A stretch of DNA of 64,000 bases, from contig CASEYW010000043.1 of NCBI GenBank assembly GCA_949292215.1, positions 12,736 to 76,735 on the forward strand. The letters run 5' to 3'. Within the stretch, counting starts at the first letter, position 1; each line of letters begins with the position of its first letter. The translations under genes and the position numbers were made by a program. Source of the stretch: an uncultured bacterium. GTDB lineage: Bacteria > Verrucomicrobiota > Lentisphaeria > Victivallales > UBA1829. Below the pieces are notes generated by a model. It searched no databases. It was not told the DNA's origin and worked only from the letters and a program-made list of their open reading frames with translations. Shown piece by piece: positions 38,726-48,649 of the stretch.

Positions 38726-39933
38726 AGATTCTGCATGTCACAACCTGTCTGACCGGAGGTGCCGGTGTTGCATGCAGACGAATTCACGAGGCATTATGCC
38801 GCTACGGTATCGAAAGTTCCATTCTGACAAAACCAGATTTTATTGCAACAGGATATGCACCCTCCGTTCTTCCATACCGTTTCTGGCGAAAATTAAGTTT
38901 TTATCTGGAAAAATTCCATCATACCGCCAATCCGATCCTGCATTCCTCCGGACTTGTTTCAACCTTCGATGTTGAACAGTTGAACCGATCCGATGCAGAC
39001 ATCATTCATCTGCATTGGATCAACGATGAATTTCTCAGCATCCGGGACATCGCACGGATCCGGAAACCTCTCGTATGGACCCTGCATGACTCCTGGCCGT
39101 TCTGCGGAGCAGAGCACCATCCGAATCTCCCAGCCAATGACAGACGTTATGCTGAAGGGTATTCCAGACGCAATTTCCCCGCCACTTCCAGCGGTCTGGA
39201 TTATGACCGCTATATCTGGCTTTACAAACGGTTTTACTGGCGCTCCCTGAATGCTGCTTTTGTTGCGCCAAGCAATTTTGAATTGAATCTTTGCAGGGAA
39301 AGTGCAATCGGCCGACGGCACTCTGCCAGAAGAATCCCCTATCCATTGGATCTCGATATGTTTTCCACTTCCGGAAAAACGCACAGGACTTCCACGGAAA
39401 GAACGATCTGTTTCGGAGCCTGTACACTGCGGGATCCGAACAAGGGATTCGGACTCCTCCTGGAGGCTCTGAAAATCCTGAAAACAAAGAATACGGATTT
39501 TAAAATCCGGCTGCTCTGTTTCGGCAGAGGAGATCCCTCTCTCTTCCGGGAAACCGGATTTCCATGCGATAGTTCAGGCTCCATTTCAGCAGAAACGGAA
39601 CTTGCGGGAATTTACAGGAAAGCAGATCTCTTTGTCTGCCCAAGTCTGGTCGACAATTACCCCAACACCTGTCTGGAGGCTCTAGCCTGCGGAGTGCCTC
39701 TGGCGGGTTTTGCAGAAGGAGGATTGACCGACATGGTAACACAAGGATGGAACGGCTCTCTTGCAACCCCCTATGATCCGGAAGATTTAGCGGAAAAAAT
39801 CTTGTATTGTCTGCAAAACTGTGATACATTGAGTATGAACGCGCGGAAAACTGCGGAAGAAATCTGTAATCCGGCTGAAATTGCGCAGCAATATGTCTCG
39901 TTATATGAAGAAGTTTTACGGTGCAAAAAGTGA
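38722..39933 (+). CDS. GT4-type (GT-B) glycosyltransferase
   Basis: MKILHVTTCLTGGAGVACRRIH at the N-terminus. The C-terminal block is ...LFVCPSLVDNYPNTCLEALACGVPL (E-x7-E-like). Confidence 0.8.
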   Translation: MKILHVTTCLTGGAGVACRRIHEALCRYGIESSILTKPDFIATGYAPSVLPYRFWRKLSFYLEKFHHTANPILHSSGLVSTFDVEQLNRSDADIIHLHWINDEFLSIRDIARIRKPLVWTLHDSWPFCGAEHHPNLPANDRRYAEGYSRRNFPATSSGLDYDRYIWLYKRFYWRSLNAAFVAPSNFELNLCRESAIGRRHSARRIPYPLDLDMFSTSGKTHRTSTERTICFGACTLRDPNKGFGLLLEALKILKTKNTDFKIRLLCFGRGDPSLFRETGFPCDSSGSISAETELAGIYRKADLFVCPSLVDNYPNTCLEALACGVPLAGFAEGGLTDMVTQGWNGSLATPYDPEDLAEKILYCLQNCDTLSMNARKTAEEICNPAEIAQQYVSLYEEVLRCKK

Positions 39934-40712
39934 AGTTCACCATCATAACCGTCTGCAGAAACAGTGAGAAAACGATTCGGAGAACCTTCGATGCAATGCT
40001 GGCTCAGTCCTGCGGGGATTACGAGTATCTTGTGATAGACGGGGCTTCCGGCGATTCCACACTTGACATTATCCGTGAATATGAACCGCGCTTTGCAGGA
40101 CGCATGAAATGGATTTCAGAACCAGATAACGGTCTCTACGACGCCATGAACAAAGGAATCCGCATGGCAGAGGGAGAAATCATCGGTATCTGCAACAGCG
40201 ACGACTTTTACGAACCGGAAACTTTGCTGAACCTGAAAATCATTGCTGAGAAGAACCGCGATGTGGATGTCTATTACGGAATTGTCCGTTTTCTGGATTC
40301 CCGTGGAATTGAAAAGAAACTCCGTCGCCATTCCGACTCCTTTTTAACAGAGAAGCCGATGGACCACCCCGGCTGTTTTGTTCGCCGAAGCGCATATCAG
40401 AAGTATGGAGTATTCCAGCCTCGCTTCCGAATCGCCGCAGATTATGATTTTCTGCTCCGACTTCATCTGCAGAAGGCCCGCTTCCTGCCAATGGATTTCA
40501 TTGTGTCCAACTTTATGGAAGTTGACGGTATCAGTTCTATTGACTGGCGGAAATCTCAGATGGATGCCAGACGGGTACGATTCGAACATGGTTTATTATC
40601 CACTCCCGCCTATTCTCTTCTATACAGCCGTTATTTGATCGGACGGCTTTTGAAATTTTTCCATCTGCTCCAAATCATTCTATTATTTTTCATAAATGGC
40701 GATATAGTATAA
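39921..40712 (+). CDS. GT2 glycosyltransferase
   Basis: FTIITVCRNSEKTI..., YLVIDGASGDST and ICNSDDFY (DxD). The GTG start (39921 or 39930) overlaps the upstream stop. Confidence 0.8.
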   Translation: MQKVKFTIITVCRNSEKTIRRTFDAMLAQSCGDYEYLVIDGASGDSTLDIIREYEPRFAGRMKWISEPDNGLYDAMNKGIRMAEGEIIGICNSDDFYEPETLLNLKIIAEKNRDVDVYYGIVRFLDSRGIEKKLRRHSDSFLTEKPMDHPGCFVRRSAYQKYGVFQPRFRIAADYDFLLRLHLQKARFLPMDFIVSNFMEVDGISSIDWRKSQMDARRVRFEHGLLSTPAYSLLYSRYLIGRLLKFFHLLQIILLFFINGDIV

Positions 40713-40721
40713 CAATATTGA

Positions 40722-41795
40722 ATGAAAACGGAAAAAACAACTGCCATGGATCAGTCAGAAACAGCTCAAACACATTTCATCCACAAGATCCCCATCGTAT
40801 TCTCCGTGGATGACCAATACGCGCTGTACTTATCCGTGACGATCCAGTCCATTGTGGAAAATTCATCCGCTGAAAACATGTATGAACTTCTTGTGCTGGA
40901 AGAGGAGCTCTCGGAATCCAATCAACAGCTTCTTTCTTCTGTCATCACGGGAAAAGAGAACTTTTCCATTCGCTTTCTCAACGTTGCATCCATCATCGAA
41001 ACCTTTGGGAAACACAATCTGTATACATGCTCCTACTTTTCCAGAACCATCTATTACCGTCTGTTTCTCTCTGACATCTTAGTTAATCACAATAGAGTCA
41101 TTTATTTGGATTCCGATCTGATTATCCAAAAAGATCCAGCAGAAATGTTCCGTATGAATCTTGCAAACTGTTATCTTGCAGCCGGTCATGAATGGGTCTG
41201 CCTATCACCCCATTTCCGACTGTATTTGAAAGCGACGCTAAAATGGAAAGGAACTTATAACGACTATTTTGCAGCGGGTCACATGGTAATGAATCTGGAA
41301 AAAATCAGAAAGGACAATCTGACAGAAAAGTTCATGAAAACCCTGCGGCAATTTCAAAGACTGCGGGCTCCTGACCAGGATGTCCTCAATCTGGTTTGTC
41401 GGGGACAGATTGTTTTTCTGCCGCCGGAATGGAATCTCTGCTGGCACTGGAAAGAATTTCTTTCTCCCCGCATATTGAACAAATACAGCGTATATGGATC
41501 GCCGGGAACCCCTCCGGCCCTGATTCACTATGCGTCCGATCAGAAGCCATGGAACAGTCCCGAAAAAGAATGGGCGGAACTGTGGTGGTTCTATGCAAAC
41601 CAGCTTCCGTTCAAAGAGAAAATTCAGAGGAAGGCTATGGAAGACAGATGCCGTTTCCTGCAAAACAATTATGATATGGTTGTCAATTCCATCCCCTGGA
41701 AAATGACGGCGCCTCTGCGGAAACTTTACGACTTTCTGAAATTCGATCTCCCGGAACTTTCAAAACTGCTGACCGGACAAAGGAACCACAGATGA
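40722..41795 (+). CDS. GT8 glycosyltransferase (RfaJ/LgtC-like)
   Basis: IPIVFSVDDQYALYLSVTIQSI, VIYLDSDLII (DxD) and APDQDVLN. Confidence 0.8.
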   Translation: MKTEKTTAMDQSETAQTHFIHKIPIVFSVDDQYALYLSVTIQSIVENSSAENMYELLVLEEELSESNQQLLSSVITGKENFSIRFLNVASIIETFGKHNLYTCSYFSRTIYYRLFLSDILVNHNRVIYLDSDLIIQKDPAEMFRMNLANCYLAAGHEWVCLSPHFRLYLKATLKWKGTYNDYFAAGHMVMNLEKIRKDNLTEKFMKTLRQFQRLRAPDQDVLNLVCRGQIVFLPPEWNLCWHWKEFLSPRILNKYSVYGSPGTPPALIHYASDQKPWNSPEKEWAELWWFYANQLPFKEKIQRKAMEDRCRFLQNNYDMVVNSIPWKMTAPLRKLYDFLKFDLPELSKLLTGQRNHR

Positions 41796-42844
41796 ACCAC
41801 AAGCCATTTGTTTCCATATTGATCCCGGTTTACGGTGCGGAAAAATACCTGCGGCGCTGCCTTGATTCCATCCTCAATCAGAATTTTCAGGATCTGGAAG
41901 TCATTCTCGTCAACGATGCCTCCCCGGATGCCTCTCTTTTGATCATGGAAGAGTATGCCGCCAGGGATTCCCGTTTCAAAATCATTCAGCACGATCGGAA
42001 TTACGGACGGGTAAAAGCACGGAACACCGGAATTGATGCCGCTTCCGGAACTTACATCGTTTTCTGCGATGACGACGATGAACTTCTGCCCGGATTCCTG
42101 CAAAATGCCTATTCAGCATCTCTTTCGGGTGACTTTGACATAATCCATTTCGGAGTTGAAATTGCAACGTCCCGTTCTCTCCGAGTCCATGGGTTCTTCG
42201 AACTCTATCGTCTGCCGCACGGAACAATTCTTCAAGGCAAAGATATTTTCAAAACCTATTTTCTGGACAATAAAATCTGTTGCCGTTTATGGGGAAATCT
42301 GCTGAAAACCGAACTTGTCAAACACCATCAGCCATCAGGAATCCCCCATTGTACCAATGAGGATTTCCTGAGAATGACCTATCTGATGTATCATGCGAAA
42401 ACCTTGTTTTACATCAGGAAGCGAGCCTACCGTTATCATTACGGAGCCGGAGCTTTCGGTCAGAAGACTTATACATTGGAACAGTTCCGGCAATTTGCAA
42501 ACAGCATGGAAAGCTACCGGGAACTCTCGCGTTTTTTCCGGAGTGTTTCTCTGCCGCCCGTTTATGAGGAAGCGCTGGAATACAAAAGACGGGATAATTG
42601 TCTTGCTGTGCTGGAAATTCTGCATCGTTTGCCTGCCGGGGAACAGGAACAGGGAATGAATCTTCTCCTTGACACCTGGGGAACGGAAGAGTTCTGCAAA
42701 ACGTTTCTAGTACAATACACAAAAATTGCAACGTCCATCCCCGGACGCATCAGAGCTTTGCTCTGCGTTCTCTACGATGTGCTGAAATACTATGTTCCCA
42801 GTCTGCTGAACCATCTGGAATGGCGGAAAAACAGAATGCGGTAA
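41792..42844 (+). CDS. GT2 glycosyltransferase
   Basis: VSILIPVYGAEKYLRRCLDSILNQNFQDLEVILVNDASPD and FCDDDDEL. Confidence 0.85.
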   Translation: MNHKPFVSILIPVYGAEKYLRRCLDSILNQNFQDLEVILVNDASPDASLLIMEEYAARDSRFKIIQHDRNYGRVKARNTGIDAASGTYIVFCDDDDELLPGFLQNAYSASLSGDFDIIHFGVEIATSRSLRVHGFFELYRLPHGTILQGKDIFKTYFLDNKICCRLWGNLLKTELVKHHQPSGIPHCTNEDFLRMTYLMYHAKTLFYIRKRAYRYHYGAGAFGQKTYTLEQFRQFANSMESYRELSRFFRSVSLPPVYEEALEYKRRDNCLAVLEILHRLPAGEQEQGMNLLLDTWGTEEFCKTFLVQYTKIATSIPGRIRALLCVLYDVLKYYVPSLLNHLEWRKNRMR

Positions 42845-42846
42845 TT

Positions 42847-43881
42847 TTACTCTTCCCGAACAGGAGAAGTTCCATACCGTTTGAGAAACGTTTTTACCGC
42901 ATTGACAACCATTTCAACCGAAATGGCATCAATACACCTGGATGGATATCCGTATTTGCAAAGGTTTCTTCCGCATTCCTCACACGCAATCTCCGTACGC
43001 AGGATCAGATTTTCATCTCCGAAAGGGAACCATAACCTCCTGGAAGCTATGGAGGAATAAATTCCAATACATGGAATCCCCGCAGCAGCAGCCATGTGAA
43101 TGCTGCCGGTATCATTGCCCAGGTAAAATCTGCAGAATTTCAGAAATGCAATTGATTCCCGCAGGGAAAGATCCGGAGCATCCTGTAAAAAGAAACCGTA
43201 TCCGGTGGACCGGATCAGAGATTCCGCATCCGCCCGATCTTTTCCGCCCCCCAAAAAGATCGGATACAGCAGATGAGGCTTGAAATCATGACATAAGACC
43301 TGTCTATATTTTTCAACGGGCCAACGACAGGATTCTTTTTTTCCTCCGATCCCCACAGCAATCGGAATTCTGTCCGCCGGAATCTTCAAGCGCTGCAACA
43401 ACTCCTCCGCCGACTTCTGTTCCTGTTCCGTAAAAATGAACTGGAACGGCTGTGATGCACGGAATCCGTAATTTGCAACCGTCTCAAGATAATTTCGGTA
43501 AATCGGAATCCCCTTCCGCGTCTGATCCAGACAGCAGTAAACATTCCGAATCCCCAGCAGCGAAAACAGAAGAAAATCAATCTTACGCGGCGCATACGCA
43601 AAATAGAAAACCGTGTCATAATGACCTTCATAAATGTAACGGATGATTTTACAGCGCGTCAGAGTCCGCTGCAGCACGTTGCCCGTCGTAGGAGTGAAAT
43701 TCATCCGGGAAAACCAGTTCAGGTGTTTGTACAGTTCCTGATGAACATGACCTTCAATGAGAGCCGCATTGAAAAGATCAATTCTGGCATCCTTCAGGTA
43801 TTCCATTACAGCGTGCATCGCCGGCATCACCACGATGGTATCTCCGATGGATCCCACATGAAAAAACAAAACCTTCCGCAT
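42847..43881 (-). CDS. GT9 glycosyltransferase (heptosyltransferase-like)
   Basis: VLFFHVGSIGDTIVVMPAM and YLGNDTGSIHMAAAAGIPCIGIY are typical GT9 blocks. It is the only reverse-strand gene in the glycan cluster. Confidence 0.8.
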   Translation of the reverse strand: MRKVLFFHVGSIGDTIVVMPAMHAVMEYLKDARIDLFNAALIEGHVHQELYKHLNWFSRMNFTPTTGNVLQRTLTRCKIIRYIYEGHYDTVFYFAYAPRKIDFLLFSLLGIRNVYCCLDQTRKGIPIYRNYLETVANYGFRASQPFQFIFTEQEQKSAEELLQRLKIPADRIPIAVGIGGKKESCRWPVEKYRQVLCHDFKPHLLYPIFLGGGKDRADAESLIRSTGYGFFLQDAPDLSLRESIAFLKFCRFYLGNDTGSIHMAAAAGIPCIGIYSSIASRRLWFPFGDENLILRTEIACEECGRNLCKYGYPSRCIDAISVEMVVNAVKTFLKRYGTSPVREE

Positions 43882-44083
43882 CCGTTTTCCTGAATTTCTG
43901 TTTGTTTTCCGGTCAAAGCCATCCAGACAGCCTTTTTCTCCGATGGTCTGCTGTAATATGGCACAATTCTTAAAAAATACCAGTAAAAACAGTTTCCGGA
44001 AAAGAAACTCCGGACTTTTCCTGTTGCAATCGGAAGAATTCAGGTATATCTTAAAACAAATCCCGCAACCATTTCAGGACAGA

Positions 44084-45178
44084 ATGAACCGGATTTCACA
44101 GATGAAAACACCATCCCTGACACTTATCGTACCGTTCTTCAATGGAAGACATTATCTCGAAAAACTATTTTCATCCCTTCTTCCACAAGCGGAAACATTC
44201 CATGAGATCATTGCCGTAGATGATGCTTCGACGGACTCCTCTGCGGAAATCATCAAAACATTCTGCCACAAACTGCCGGTCAGAATACTTCATCTTCCGG
44301 AACATTCCGGTCCGGCTGAAGCCAGAAACACCGGTCTGAGAAAAGCTGCCGGACAGTATATTGCCTTTGCCGATTCCGACGACTGGACAGCTCCCACCCT
44401 CTATTCCTTTCTGCTGGAAACCGCGGAACGAACCTCGGCAGACCTCGTTCAATGCGGCTATTATTACGTTCATGAAGCAGAACATCTTCTGATTCCACGC
44501 TGCTCCAAATGGGCAAAAACGGATCATGCCACGCTCCGCACCTTTCCCGAACTTCTGTTTCTGGACAATGTCATCTGGAACAAAATCTACCGACGTTCCA
44601 TGCTTGAGCAGTATGGCATCCGATTCGATTCCTCCATGAAAATGGCGGAAGACCTCCCCTTCTTCTTTTCAACTCTGATGGCGGCGGAAAAGATTGTCAT
44701 TACGGACCATCCCCTCTACTACTATCGGCAGAATCGCCCCGGACAGCTGACCGCACAGAAAAACCGGAACCGCTTCGCCGTTTTCCGGGCATTCGAAAAT
44801 ACCAATGAATTCATCGACCGCCATCATTTTGAATACATCAACCCCTATCTGCTGCATTCCGCACTGAGTCTATTCGCCTACATGTACGAACCGCTTGACG
44901 AAGAGTTCAGAGAGGAGTTCTTCTCCTGCATGCGCGACTATTTTCTCCGCCACGAAATCTCCGGGAAAGCCCATATTCCTCCCGGTCCCTGGAAAAACGC
45001 ATCCTTCTCCGATAAAATGCGCTGGCTGATTCTCCGGCGGATGCACCCGCTTGCCTTGAAAGCTGTTCTGAACAATGACCGGAAGGCATATGACCGCCTG
45101 ATCGCCCTCCGGTCATTTCTTCAGGAACTGCCGCGCAAAATCCCTCACATTGCAGGAAAAAACGCTGCGGCAGATTGA
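44084..45178 (+). CDS. GT2 glycosyltransferase
   Basis: SLTLIVPFFNGRHYLEKLFSSLL, IAVDDASTDSS and FADSDDW. The start was chosen at MNRISQMKTP (44084); 44102 is an alternative. Confidence 0.8.
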   Translation: MNRISQMKTPSLTLIVPFFNGRHYLEKLFSSLLPQAETFHEIIAVDDASTDSSAEIIKTFCHKLPVRILHLPEHSGPAEARNTGLRKAAGQYIAFADSDDWTAPTLYSFLLETAERTSADLVQCGYYYVHEAEHLLIPRCSKWAKTDHATLRTFPELLFLDNVIWNKIYRRSMLEQYGIRFDSSMKMAEDLPFFFSTLMAAEKIVITDHPLYYYRQNRPGQLTAQKNRNRFAVFRAFENTNEFIDRHHFEYINPYLLHSALSLFAYMYEPLDEEFREEFFSCMRDYFLRHEISGKAHIPPGPWKNASFSDKMRWLILRRMHPLALKAVLNNDRKAYDRLIALRSFLQELPRKIPHIAGKNAAAD

Positions 45179-45189
45179 ATTTCTCACCG

Positions 45190-47523
45190 TTATCTGCCCT
45201 GAAATACGGCTTTTTTAAGACCTTTTACCTCAGCAGTAAAGGTGAATTTTCCTCCCTGATCCGAAGGCCTCAGGTACGCCGCGCAGAGGCCGTGGAATGC
45301 GCTGTAGCCGGTTCCGGAAAACGGTTCCAGCGATGTTGCATCGCCATTGCCGCAGGCGGCAAGCTCAGCGCCGCCTGTCACTTTGAACTCCACACGATCT
45401 GACGCATCCGGACAGCGGTTGCCTTTCCGGTCCACGATCCGGAGTTCAACGAAAATCATATCATCCGCATCGTCAAAACTCTTCTTTGAGGGAATCGCCA
45501 CCACCGCGTATGGCTCTCCGGCGGTCATAACGATTTCCTCCTTGACGGGATTGAAGTTGTCATCATAAGCCACTACTTTCAGCTCTCCCGGTTCGTAACG
45601 GACCTCATCCCAGATGAGCCGATACGCACAGGCGCTTGGCTTAATGGATTTCTCCCGCACCCCCTGAGACTTTCCATTCACAAACAGTTCCGCATAGCGG
45701 AAGGAGGTATAGCAATGCACCGGAGTGATCTCGCCTTCCCGTCCGGGCCAGGTCCAGTGAGGCAGCAGATGCAGTGTCTTCTTTTCGGGCGCCCAGCGGC
45801 TCTGATACAGGTAAAAACGGTCCTTCGGGAAACCGGCGAGGTCATTGATCCCGAAATACGAGCTGCGCGCCGGCCAGTCGTCGTAGGGGGTTGTCTCACC
45901 GAGGTAATCGAACCCGGTCCAGACAAATTCCCCCAGCGCATACGGCAGATAATCCAGATAGCCGAATTCCATATCCGGCAGCACACCCCACGGCGGAGCG
46001 GCAAGATCGTATCCGTTGACTTGAAGATTCTTCCGGCACGGCGGACGCTCCTCGCCCACAGGGAAGTAATACTCGCCATTGCTGCTGACGGTCGAAGCAC
46101 TTTCCGTCGCCACCAGGAAATACTCCGGATGGAGATCATGAATCTGAGGAAACAGATGAAGATGATAATTGAAGCCGACAACATCCACAGCCTCCGCCAT
46201 TCCATTCATACAGACGGCAAGTCCGCAACAGCAGCCGACCGTAATCGGACGAGTCGGGTCCTCCGCCCGGGTAATCGCCGCAAGTTTGTGCGCCATGCGG
46301 ACATTGGCCGGTTCCTGCTCACCGACCTCGTTTCCAATGCTCCACATGATGATGGACGGATGATTCCAGTCCCGCTGGATCATCTCCCGCAGTGAGGTTT
46401 CCGCATAGGAAGCAAAATCGGGATCAGGCCCGGTCTCCCATTTATCAAACGCCTCCTCAATGACGACAAAACCCATTTCATCGCAGAGCTCCAGAAATCC
46501 CGAAGCCGCCGGATTGTGACTTGTCCGGATCGCGTTGCATCCCATCTCCTTCAGCAGTTTGAACCGTTCCCGCATCAGGGACTTGTTGAACGCCGCACCG
46601 AGCGGGCCGAGATCATGGTGCAGACAGACCCCCTTGAATACAATCGGCTTCTCATTCAGGAGAAATCCTCTGCCTTGCTCCAGACGGATCGAACGGATTC
46701 CGAATGGAACCGTCAATTCATCAACAGGCCGGCCGGCACGTTTCAGCTTCAGCCGGAGCGAATACTGGACCGGTGTTTCAATATCCCAAAGTTTCGGATT
46801 TCTGACCGGAATACATCCATCATACTCCAGATATTTGTAGGAAAAAGACCAGACCGTTTTCTGATCCCTGTACTTCCCGATTACTTTCCCGTCCGGAGCG
46901 AGGAGCTCCGCTTCCAGAAGGACCTCCTTTTTCTCCGTCGGGAAATCATGCACGGCAACCCGGAAATGGACCTCTGCGGACTCCTCCGACACCTTCTCCG
47001 TCGTAATTTTCACCCCGTTGCGGAGAATATGCGTCTGATTGAAAATCACCAGCCGGACATCGCGGAAAATCCCTCCTCCGGGATACCAGCGGCTCATATA
47101 GTGATAATTTTCCCCCTCGACCGTAATCTTGTTTTTCCCCTTTTTCAAAACCCCTGTCAGATTGCACGCAAACGGAGAATAACCGTAACTGTTTCCACCG
47201 ACCCGGACGCCATTGCAGCTGACTTCCGCATGGCTCATGACGCCATCAAACTCCAGGCGTGCCATCTCGTCCTTTCCGAGCGATTCAATTTCGATTTCCT
47301 TCTGGTAGATGAATTTGCCGCAGAAGGGAAGTCCGCCGGTATTTCCGGGCCGTTCAACCAGGGTCTTTTTCCCCCTGATTTCACGGATTGAAAATGACAT
47401 GTCGCTGTTACGGTCGAAGTTCTCCCTGATGGCGAAATCATGAGGGACGCGGACCTGTGTCCATTTCCGGGAATCAGCCTTCCGGAATTGCCAATTGTCT
47501 TTCAGCAGAACAGTTTTGCGCAT
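45190..47523 (-). CDS. GH2 glycoside hydrolase (beta-galactosidase/beta-glucuronidase-like), probably cytoplasmic
   Basis: NAIRTSHNPAASGFLELCDEMGFVVIEEAF and HPSIIMWSIGNEV (acid/base N-E). Length is 777 aa with no signal peptide. Confidence 0.85.
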   Translation of the reverse strand: MRKTVLLKDNWQFRKADSRKWTQVRVPHDFAIRENFDRNSDMSFSIREIRGKKTLVERPGNTGGLPFCGKFIYQKEIEIESLGKDEMARLEFDGVMSHAEVSCNGVRVGGNSYGYSPFACNLTGVLKKGKNKITVEGENYHYMSRWYPGGGIFRDVRLVIFNQTHILRNGVKITTEKVSEESAEVHFRVAVHDFPTEKKEVLLEAELLAPDGKVIGKYRDQKTVWSFSYKYLEYDGCIPVRNPKLWDIETPVQYSLRLKLKRAGRPVDELTVPFGIRSIRLEQGRGFLLNEKPIVFKGVCLHHDLGPLGAAFNKSLMRERFKLLKEMGCNAIRTSHNPAASGFLELCDEMGFVVIEEAFDKWETGPDPDFASYAETSLREMIQRDWNHPSIIMWSIGNEVGEQEPANVRMAHKLAAITRAEDPTRPITVGCCCGLAVCMNGMAEAVDVVGFNYHLHLFPQIHDLHPEYFLVATESASTVSSNGEYYFPVGEERPPCRKNLQVNGYDLAAPPWGVLPDMEFGYLDYLPYALGEFVWTGFDYLGETTPYDDWPARSSYFGINDLAGFPKDRFYLYQSRWAPEKKTLHLLPHWTWPGREGEITPVHCYTSFRYAELFVNGKSQGVREKSIKPSACAYRLIWDEVRYEPGELKVVAYDDNFNPVKEEIVMTAGEPYAVVAIPSKKSFDDADDMIFVELRIVDRKGNRCPDASDRVEFKVTGGAELAACGNGDATSLEPFSGTGYSAFHGLCAAYLRPSDQGGKFTFTAEVKGLKKAVFQGR

Positions 47524-47525
47524 GA

Positions 47526-48572
47526 TTAACTCCTTTTATGATAATGAGATGCAATAAAAAATTGATCGCCTGGCAACGCCCTGCCGTCAATCTGGCGGAT
47601 CAAAAGCTCAAGGGACATCTCAATGAGTTTGTCCCAATCATTCCGGACTGTGGCGATCTGCGGCAGAGGATTCTCCATCAGATGGGAACCAGCAACAATC
47701 TCCACATCCTCCGGACAGCGAACCCCGAGTTTTTCAAGTTCCTCGAGCAGAATCGCTGCAAAATGAAAGTTGGTTGTCGCAACTGCGGAAACAATTTCTT
47801 TCCGCAAAGCATCCTGAATCCTCAATGCGGCTATGACGATCTGTTCCCGCAGAGAACAGGAATCATTCCACTCCAGCCGGAGATCGGCGGACTCCGGAAT
47901 CTCCAGACCGCAATAGTCCGCAGCACCGCGAAGAGCATCGTAATTCAGTTTTTCCTTGTTGAAACTCGGCTGAACAGGACGGGCATCCAGCTGGGCAATA
48001 CGGATATGCCCCGATGCCTTCAAATCACGGAACGCATCCAGAAACCCCTGTTTCATATCGGCATTGACCGAGGGAATCCCCGCCGTTTCGAACGGCATGG
48101 ATATATCCAGAAGAACGGCTGGGAGTTTGTTCCTGACAATATGAATGACCTCCGGATGCGGCGACTTGATCACAACTCCGTCGATCAGTTCGTTCAACAG
48201 CACCGGACAGCGGAACCCCTCTTCCCTGACATAATGATAATTGGTCATGAAGTAGCCGTAGCGAGCGGCGGTTTCCTCGAACTTCTGGGAAAGATCCGCG
48301 TCAAAGCGTTTTTTCCAGGGATACTGCGTCCCATAGTATTTGATCCGCATCAGAAGCCCGGAACGGAGACGCCTCCCCGAATCATTTCCGCATCGCAATC
48401 TTTTTGCCTGTGTGTTCGGCACATAATTCAGAACATGAACGGCATCCCAGACTTTTTTCCGCGTTTCCTCCGAAAAACCATGCAGATTGTTGACAACCCC
48501 GCTGACGGTTGACATACTCAGGTGCGCATATTCCGCAATTTCTTTGAGAGTTGTCTTCTTTTTTCCAGGCAT
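47526..48572 (-). CDS. LacI family transcriptional regulator
   Basis: TLKEIAEYAHLSMSTVSGVVNNLHGFSEETRKKVWDAVHVLNYVPNTQAKRLR. The gene ends 2 nt before the start of the downstream GH2 gene (co-directional). Confidence 0.9.
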   Translation of the reverse strand: MPGKKKTTLKEIAEYAHLSMSTVSGVVNNLHGFSEETRKKVWDAVHVLNYVPNTQAKRLRCGNDSGRRLRSGLLMRIKYYGTQYPWKKRFDADLSQKFEETAARYGYFMTNYHYVREEGFRCPVLLNELIDGVVIKSPHPEVIHIVRNKLPAVLLDISMPFETAGIPSVNADMKQGFLDAFRDLKASGHIRIAQLDARPVQPSFNKEKLNYDALRGAADYCGLEIPESADLRLEWNDSCSLREQIVIAALRIQDALRKEIVSAVATTNFHFAAILLEELEKLGVRCPEDVEIVAGSHLMENPLPQIATVRNDWDKLIEMSLELLIRQIDGRALPGDQFFIASHYHKRS

Positions 48573-48593
48573 TGAAAATTTCCAAAAGATTCA

Positions 48594-48609
48594 TTTGTAA
48601 CGTTGCAAA
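48594..48609. promoter_or_regulatory. candidate LacI-family operator TTTGTAACGTTGCAAA (14/16 palindrome)
   Basis: Imperfect palindrome centred on CG, 22 nt upstream of the LacI start and downstream of a TATATA/ATATTT -10-like element on the minus strand. Confidence 0.45.
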
Positions 48610-48649
48610 ACAAATATATAACCGATTGCGGAAAAATCAAATGAAAGTT

